Source of the DNA: Minisyncoccota bacterium
GTDB lineage: Bacteria > Patescibacteriota > Minisyncoccia > Phycocordibacterales > UBA5272
Assembly (NCBI GenBank): GCA_043731575.1
Contig: JAYTIW010000037.1
Span: 1-30,782 of the forward strand
Length of the DNA stretch: 30,782 nucleotides
Direction: 5' to 3'
Made by a program: the position numbers and the translations under genes
Notes under the pieces: generated by a model
What the model was told of the DNA's origin: nothing
Databases searched by the model: none
What the model saw: only the letters and a program-made list of their open reading frames with translations
Part shown: positions 25,494 to 30,782 of the stretch, one piece after another
How the letters are laid out: every line of letters starts with the position of its first letter
How positions within the stretch are numbered: the first letter of the stretch is position 1

Positions 25494-26210
25494 TTGACAG
25501 CTTATGTTCCCTCCGCGCTCTCATATGCGTGTGCAAGTTCGCTTGTCCTCGTTGACAAGCGACCCGCTGCAAATGCAGTGTTCATTGTTGACAAGCGACC
25601 CGCTGCAAATGCAGTGTTCATTCACGGCCCGCCCGCGGCTGACGACGGAATCGACACCGATCTTCTCAAGCTCGGTATCTCGATGGTCGCTTCCAAAGAG
25701 GCTGGTGCCCTGGTGATCAATGGGCTCACGGATGAAGCCTGCTGGCCAAACGGTCAGCGTCTGGCGTATCCAGGGTGCGATACCTGGGGCCGTAACCTCG
25801 TGGGGCTCGGGTATCCCGAGTATTTGAAGATTCCACCGTCGAAACACACGGCCGCCGAAAGCGACAACCTCATTCTTCTTGCCAAGGAAATGGGTTGGGG
25901 ATCTGTGGTGATCATGTCCTATCCGCACCACATTCTGCGTTGCATGTTGCAAATGGTCTTTTGTTTGGCACGGGCCAAGTCCGGTCTCAAGGTTTACACC
26001 AGGACTCTCTCGACTGTCAACTGGCAGCATGTTGCCGAGAAGGGTGTGCTCAACAACACGGCCTTCAGCGGCACTCTTGTCGACGCTCACATCCGTGAGG
26101 AATACGAGCGTTTGATCAAATACGCTGACCGTGACGGCACCGGCTACACCCCACACGCCACTTTGGAAGAACTCATCGAGTACTACCAGCAGCGTGATGC
26201 AGCTCAGTAG
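25494..26210 (+). CDS. YdcF/DUF218(ElyC/SanA)-like protein, GC-rich
   Basis: AGGAG (25482-25486) + TTG 25494, in frame with the listed ORF. HTAAESDNL...GWGSVVIMSYPHHILRC resembles the DUF218 T.EN...vlVTs..H..RA motif. Confidence 0.65.
   Translation: MTAYVPSALSYACASSLVLVDKRPAANAVFIVDKRPAANAVFIHGPPAADDGIDTDLLKLGISMVASKEAGALVINGLTDEACWPNGQRLAYPGCDTWGRNLVGLGYPEYLKIPPSKHTAAESDNLILLAKEMGWGSVVIMSYPHHILRCMLQMVFCLARAKSGLKVYTRTLSTVNWQHVAEKGVLNNTAFSGTLVDAHIREEYERLIKYADRDGTGYTPHATLEELIEYYQQRDAAQ
25551..25622 (+). repeat. Perfect 36-bp tandem duplication (VDKRPAANAVFI x2)
   Basis: GTTGACAAGCGACCCGCTGCAAATGCAGTGTTCATT at 25551-25586 and 25587-25622. Confidence 0.97.
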
Positions 26211-26236
26211 CCACCGGCTTTAGAAGTCAGAATAGA

Positions 26237-26278
26237 TCACGGCTTTCCGTGAAAGGCCCGCTTCCGCGGGCCTTTTTT
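26237..26278 (+). terminator. Rho-independent terminator preceded by a second small hairpin
   Basis: AAAGGCCCGC-TTCC-GCGGGCCTTTTTT (26252-26278); TCACGG-CTTT-CCGTGA (26237-26252). Confidence 0.88.
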
Positions 26279-26325
26279 CATGAGTAATTGAAATTATTGC
26301 TATACTATTAATATAATACCAAACT

Positions 26326-26883
26326 ATGTTGTCATCTGAAAACACCAACAATCCACTGACTGATACTGAGAAAGTGCAACTTGCAACTCTCTTGGAAAGA
26401 GCTGAGAGCTCAGACATTAAAGGAGGTATTTGGTATGAAATGGTGAAGAAGTTCATCACAGTTCCTATTGAGTTGTGTATTCTTGATACAGAGAGTAGAG
26501 TTTTTCTAGTGTACAGAAAAGATAGAGAATTCGATGGCTATCATTTACCGGGAACGGTAGTGAATGACTGGGAAACTGTGCATGATGCGCGTTTACGTCT
26601 TATACAAGGTGAAATTAAAAAAGATGCTGGCTTCGACATTTCATACCCAGAATCTATTGGATGGCTCGAAGTTAGGCGAGGCAATAGACCAGATTGTAAC
26701 CCAACCAGGCATACGGCGGCGCTTCTTCATATTACACATGTAAAAGGCGATGTTGTTCCGACAGAGGGAAGTGGGTTTTATTCTTTCGATGATATCCCAT
26801 TCAACACTCTTCCAGACCATGTATTCATGTTGCGATTTTTTAAAAGGTATTTAGAAAATGGAAAGCCAATTCTTGGAGAATAG
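26326..26883 (+). CDS. Nudix-fold hydrolase, GDP-mannose mannosyl hydrolase (Gmm/NudD)-like
   Basis: VPIELCILD...VFLVYR, YHLPGTVVNDWETVHDARLRLIQGE (degenerate Nudix box), RH. Confidence 0.65.
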   Translation: MLSSENTNNPLTDTEKVQLATLLERAESSDIKGGIWYEMVKKFITVPIELCILDTESRVFLVYRKDREFDGYHLPGTVVNDWETVHDARLRLIQGEIKKDAGFDISYPESIGWLEVRRGNRPDCNPTRHTAALLHITHVKGDVVPTEGSGFYSFDDIPFNTLPDHVFMLRFFKRYLENGKPILGE

Positions 26884-27060
26884 TCATTTTAAAGATATTT
26901 TTTCAATACAAATTTTTTTAAAAGTAAGCTTGTAAAAGGGGTTGATAAACGTTATAATTGTTGTAGTTTAAGAGTAAAGGGTTAGCTGTAGTACTTTGAG
27001 ATATTTCTCTAAAGCCTATAGATATCAATGATATTCTCAGTACTCCACACTCCTATTACA

Positions 27061-28131
27061 ATGAAAGAATTTTACAAGAATAAAAAAATACTAGTCACGG
27101 GACACACAGGCTTTAAGGGCGCATGGCTCTCTCAGATTCTTCTTAACTGGGGTGCGGAGGTCATCGGTATTTCACTTCGCCCGACAACAACACCGAACAT
27201 GTTTGGTGCAATTGGTCTTGAGAGTAGGGTTACTAATTACTTTACTGACATTGATGATCTGGAGGCAATGAAGAAAATTTTTAATAAAGAAAAGCCGGAG
27301 ATTGTTTTTCATCTTGCAGCACAGCCAATAGTGAGAAGGAGCTATGATGACCCGATAGAAACATTTTCTACTAACTGCATGGGTACGGCACACATTTTGG
27401 AAGCAATGAGAGAGATTAAGTCTGTTAAGTCAGCAGTTATCATCACAACTGATAAAGTATATGAGAACAAAGAGTGGCACTATCCATATCGTGAGAGTGA
27501 TCCGCTTGGGGGGTATGATCCATATAGTGCGAGTAAGGCTGCAGCTGACCTTATTACAAGTTCTTATATGCAATCATTTTTTAATCCAGAAGATTTCGGC
27601 ACTAAACATAATACTCTAGTAGCAATTGCGCGTGCAGGTAATGTTGTAGGAGGAGGTGACTGGGCAGACTACCGTCTCATACCGGATGTGATTCGTGCTG
27701 TCTACCATGAAGGGACTCATGTTGAAATTAGAAATCCCGATGCGATACGTCCATGGCAGCATGTCCTTGAGCCACTCTCTGGCTATCTTATGCTTGCGAA
27801 GCGTCTTTATGAAAAAGAAAAACATCTTTCCCAAGCATGGAACTTCGGTCCGCATAATGATAGTTTTGTGAGTGTGGAGAATCTTCTTACTGAGGCTAAA
27901 AAAGCTATGCCAAGTTTTGTGTATATTGTTAAACCTGATATGACTGGGAAACATGAGGCCGGATTACTTAAGCTTGATATCAATAAAACAGCACATCACC
28001 TTAGTTGGAAACCAAAGGTTAATTTTGAACAGACTATAGCTCTTACTTTTGATTGGTATAAAAATTATTATGAAAAAAAGGAGGATGTGGTAGTATTTAC
28101 TAACAAACAAATTAATGCCTTTTTTCGATAA
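27061..28131 (+). CDS. rfbG: CDP-glucose 4,6-dehydratase
   Basis: ILVTGHTGFKGAWL, HLAAQPIVRRSY, ITTDKVYEN, DPYSASKA, ARAGNVVGGGDW, RPWQHVLEPLSGY, WNFGP. ATG 27061 is preferred over the listed 27028. Confidence 0.96.
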   Translation: MKEFYKNKKILVTGHTGFKGAWLSQILLNWGAEVIGISLRPTTTPNMFGAIGLESRVTNYFTDIDDLEAMKKIFNKEKPEIVFHLAAQPIVRRSYDDPIETFSTNCMGTAHILEAMREIKSVKSAVIITTDKVYENKEWHYPYRESDPLGGYDPYSASKAAADLITSSYMQSFFNPEDFGTKHNTLVAIARAGNVVGGGDWADYRLIPDVIRAVYHEGTHVEIRNPDAIRPWQHVLEPLSGYLMLAKRLYEKEKHLSQAWNFGPHNDSFVSVENLLTEAKKAMPSFVYIVKPDMTGKHEAGLLKLDINKTAHHLSWKPKVNFEQTIALTFDWYKNYYEKKEDVVVFTNKQINAFFR

Positions 28132-28134
28132 CCT

Positions 28135-28905
28135 ATGAAAGTCGTACTACTAGCCGGGGGTCTTGGCACCAGATTAAATGAGGAAACAACCCTCAAACCA
28201 AAGCCAATGGTTGAAATTGGGGGTAAGCCAATACTTTGGCACATTATGAAGATATATTCTCATCACGGGTTCAATGAGTTTATTATTTGCCTTGGGTATA
28301 AGAGTCATTATATTAAGGATTGGTTTAATGACCACATGCTTCATAATAGTGATGTCACTTTTAATTTAGAAGATGGGACTACTACTATCCATAAAAGTAG
28401 TGCTGAGAAGTGGAAAGTAACCCTTGTTGATACTGGCTACCATACAATGACAGGTGGGAGAATAAAAAGAGTACAAGAATACATTGGGAACGAAACTTTT
28501 ATGGTTACTTATGGAGATGGTGTTGGCGATATCGACATTAGTGCTCTTGTTGCTTTTCATAAGAAGAATAAAGGGGTTGTTACGGTAACTGCTGTTACTC
28601 CAGAAGGACGATTTGGCACACTTACTATAGATCATAATTCTCATGTAACAGCTTTTAGTGAAAAGACAGATAATAAAGTAAAAATAAATGGAGGTTTCTT
28701 TGTGCTTGAGCCAGAGATATTTAAATACCTAGAAAATGATGAAACTATTTTCGAGAAAGGGCCACTTGAGAGACTTGCTAAAGATAATCAGCTTAAAGCA
28801 TATTCTCATGAAGGTTTCTGGAAGCCAATGGATACACTTAACGATAAGAATAAGTTGGAAGATATTTGGAACAAAGGTGGCGCACCTTGGAAAGTTTGGA
28901 TCTAG
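28135..28905 (+). CDS. rfbF: Glucose-1-phosphate cytidylyltransferase
   Basis: LAGGLGTRLNEET..KPKPMVEIGGKPILWHIMK, TMTGGRIKR, TYGDG, INGGFFV, FWKPMDT, APWKVW. Confidence 0.96.
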   Translation: MKVVLLAGGLGTRLNEETTLKPKPMVEIGGKPILWHIMKIYSHHGFNEFIICLGYKSHYIKDWFNDHMLHNSDVTFNLEDGTTTIHKSSAEKWKVTLVDTGYHTMTGGRIKRVQEYIGNETFMVTYGDGVGDIDISALVAFHKKNKGVVTVTAVTPEGRFGTLTIDHNSHVTAFSEKTDNKVKINGGFFVLEPEIFKYLENDETIFEKGPLERLAKDNQLKAYSHEGFWKPMDTLNDKNKLEDIWNKGGAPWKVWI

Positions 28906-28949
28906 GAAATTATGGATATAAGATCTTTATACAAAGAGTACTCTGTTAC

Positions 28950-30737
28950 ATGAAAAAACCAACCAACAAAAAATTGTGCTCAGAACTAATTGTTGACTTT
29001 TTGTCACAGAAGAAGATCACTCATGTTTTTGATTTAACAGGCGGGATGATTACATATCTTGAGGATGCTATTAGTAAAAAAAAGGGGATGACGTGTGTTC
29101 CTATGCATCATGAACAGGCGGCAGGATTCGCGGCTGAGGGGTATGCACGAAAGGGACAGAACTTCGGTGTAGCACTAGCAACGAGTGGACCAGGAGCAAC
29201 AAATCTCATTACCGCAATTGGAAGTTGTTACTTTGACTCTATTCCAACTATGTTTATTATCGGGCAGGTTCATACCGAAAACTTAAAGAAGAATGATCAA
29301 GTGCGCCAAGAAGGTTTTCAGGAGACAGATATTACAACCGTTGTAAAAACACTCACTAAGTATTCTGTGCTTGTAAAAGATGTGAATGCAGTTATATATG
29401 AACTTGAAAAAGCGTATTACATTATGACCTCTGGCCGTTTCGGATCTGTGCTTATCGATATTCCAATTAATCTTCAGCGTACTGAGATAGACGAAAAATC
29501 TGTGAAGCACTTTTTCGGTTCTCGTGAACACGTTCAAATGGAAAGTAACGTTAAGAAGACTTTCGGTAAGGAGGTGCAAAAAAGTAAAGTAACACAATTA
29601 GAAAAGTTACTTCGTAACGCAAAAGCACCATGTGTCATTATTGGGAATGGTGTGCGTCTTTCTAGTACAACAAAAGAGCTTTCAGAGTTCGTTACAAAAA
29701 ACAACCTCCCAGTCCTGACGTCATTACTTGGTATTGACTCGTATCCATTTTCAAAAAACCTCGTTGGGTACATTGGTTCAAATGGTAATCGAGATGCGAA
29801 TATTATTTTTGCAAATGCAGACCTTATTATTGCCTTAGGGACAAGATTGGATGTTCGTCAGATAGGTGCTGCAAAATTTTTTAACCCTACTGCAAAACTT
29901 GTGCATGTTGACATTGATAAAAGTTCCATTAATTATAGTCTTATGTCAGCACTTTCTTTTGAAACTGATCTTGTGCATTTTTTCAAAGCTACAAAGCATA
30001 TTGCAACAAAAAAGAAAGAAGCGTGGAGTTTGTTCATACGTAAAGTACAAGAAAAGTTCCCACGACTACACTCATATTCTGACAAAGAAGTTGACCCAAA
30101 TACATTTTTCCATGAACTCTCAGCCTTAACGCAAGCCAAGGCAACAATTATTGCTGATGTTGGTCAAAATCAAATGTGGTGCGCTCAATCGTGGAAGGTA
30201 AAAAAGAACCAGAGACTCCTTTTTTCTGGGGGGATGGGGGCAATGGGTTTTTCTTTACCTGCCGCTATTGGAGCATGGTATGCTGATCAATCTTCTTCAC
30301 TTATTGTTACGTGTGGAGACGGAGGGATACAGATTAATATTCAAGAATTAGAAACGGTGAGTAGGAACAAGATTCCACTTAAGTTATTTATTATTAATAA
30401 CAAATCTTTGGGGATGGTTAGGGAATTTCAAGATCTTTATTTTAATAAAAATTATCAGTCAACAGTAAAGGGATATGGACATCCTGACTTTAAGAAAATT
30501 GCGTATGCATATGATTTTGAGTATGTAAAAATTGGGTCAATTTCTAAAAGTGATCCTGTTATTAAAGAGATTGTACAAAATAAGAAACCAGTACTTATTG
30601 AAGTAGAGCTCTCAATAACAGCGACGCTTCAGCCAAAAGTCGTCTACGGACACGCACTCGATGACCAGTCGCCATATCTTAATGAAACACAGAAATCGGA
30701 ACTAGAAGAACTTAAAAGAAACCTAAAGGCGTCATAA
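28950..30737 (+). CDS. ThDP-dependent acetolactate-synthase-like enzyme (YerE-like sugar C-C carboligase candidate)
   Basis: HHEQAAGFAAEGYAR, ATSGPGATN, FQETD, DVGQNQMW, GGMGAMGFSLPAAIG, GDGG...NNKSLGMVREFQ. ATG 28950 is preferred over the listed 28866. Confidence 0.88.
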   Translation: MKKPTNKKLCSELIVDFLSQKKITHVFDLTGGMITYLEDAISKKKGMTCVPMHHEQAAGFAAEGYARKGQNFGVALATSGPGATNLITAIGSCYFDSIPTMFIIGQVHTENLKKNDQVRQEGFQETDITTVVKTLTKYSVLVKDVNAVIYELEKAYYIMTSGRFGSVLIDIPINLQRTEIDEKSVKHFFGSREHVQMESNVKKTFGKEVQKSKVTQLEKLLRNAKAPCVIIGNGVRLSSTTKELSEFVTKNNLPVLTSLLGIDSYPFSKNLVGYIGSNGNRDANIIFANADLIIALGTRLDVRQIGAAKFFNPTAKLVHVDIDKSSINYSLMSALSFETDLVHFFKATKHIATKKKEAWSLFIRKVQEKFPRLHSYSDKEVDPNTFFHELSALTQAKATIIADVGQNQMWCAQSWKVKKNQRLLFSGGMGAMGFSLPAAIGAWYADQSSSLIVTCGDGGIQINIQELETVSRNKIPLKLFIINNKSLGMVREFQDLYFNKNYQSTVKGYGHPDFKKIAYAYDFEYVKIGSISKSDPVIKEIVQNKKPVLIEVELSITATLQPKVVYGHALDDQSPYLNETQKSELEELKRNLKAS

Positions 30738-30751
30738 TTGTAAATATGTAC

Positions 30752-30782
30752 ATGAAAAAAATAGCAATTCTTGGGGCAACTG
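30752..30782 (+). CDS. 5' end of an NAD(P)-dependent epimerase/reductase (truncated by the window)
   Basis: MKKIAILGAT, a Rossmann glycine-rich start. Confidence 0.65.
   Translation, partial: MKKIAILGAT

Noticed and set aside
25551-25622. 36-bp repeat as a CRISPR array
   Set aside because: Only two abutting copies with no spacer, in frame within a CDS, and no cas genes in the window.
25521-26156. 211-aa antisense ORF opposite the DUF218-like gene
   Set aside because: A typical shadow ORF of a GC-rich gene; the promoter, SD and terminator all support the plus strand.
839-30139. Remaining short ORFs of the track nested in or antisense to the called genes
   Set aside because: They overlap well-supported genes, and lack motifs and independent expression signals.
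28950-30737. Calling the ThDP enzyme ilvB/ilvG
   Set aside because: The fold matches, but the context is nucleotide-sugar synthesis with no other ilv genes, so the symbol was withheld.
542-30737. Recoded genetic code (TGA read-through as in Gracilibacteria/Absconditabacteria)
   Set aside because: Full-length murB, manC and others end in TGA, and no conserved gene is interrupted by an in-frame TGA.

Overview
This is an AT-rich bacterial window using the standard genetic code (TGA is a stop). It looks like a Patescibacteria/CPR (Parcubacteria-type) chromosome. That assignment is inferred from gene content (DUF4015-type glycoside hydrolase, solitary VirD4/TraG-like ATPase, lamin-tail/PKD protein) and from the scarcity of Shine-Dalgarno sites. 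Bases 1-8.6 kb hold tRNA-Ile(GAT), murB, rsmI, small hypotheticals and envelope genes, with several unusual inverted-repeat and heptamer-repeat elements between them. From 8.6 kb to the end is a large mosaic surface-glycan locus. It has a GDP-fucose pathway (manC, gmd, fcl), GT11, GT10, GT-D and two GT2 transferases, an acyltransferase, two FkbM methyltransferases and wzx. It also has a rare-sugar module: rfbF, rfbG, an RfbH/ColD-like His-type PLP enzyme lacking Fe-S cysteines, an NDP-sugar C3-methyltransferase, a Gfo/Idh/MocA oxidoreductase and a YerE-like ThDP enzyme. Three observations stand out. (1) A ~250-nt structured element behind the tRNA carries a split antisense copy plus a decoy direct copy of the tRNA 3' end. 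(2) Inverted repeats whose left arm is the 3' end of the host gene occur three times. (3) The branched-chain deoxysugar pathway has an apparently Fe-S-free 3-dehydrase. All family assignments come from motif recognition by eye; no database searches were run.
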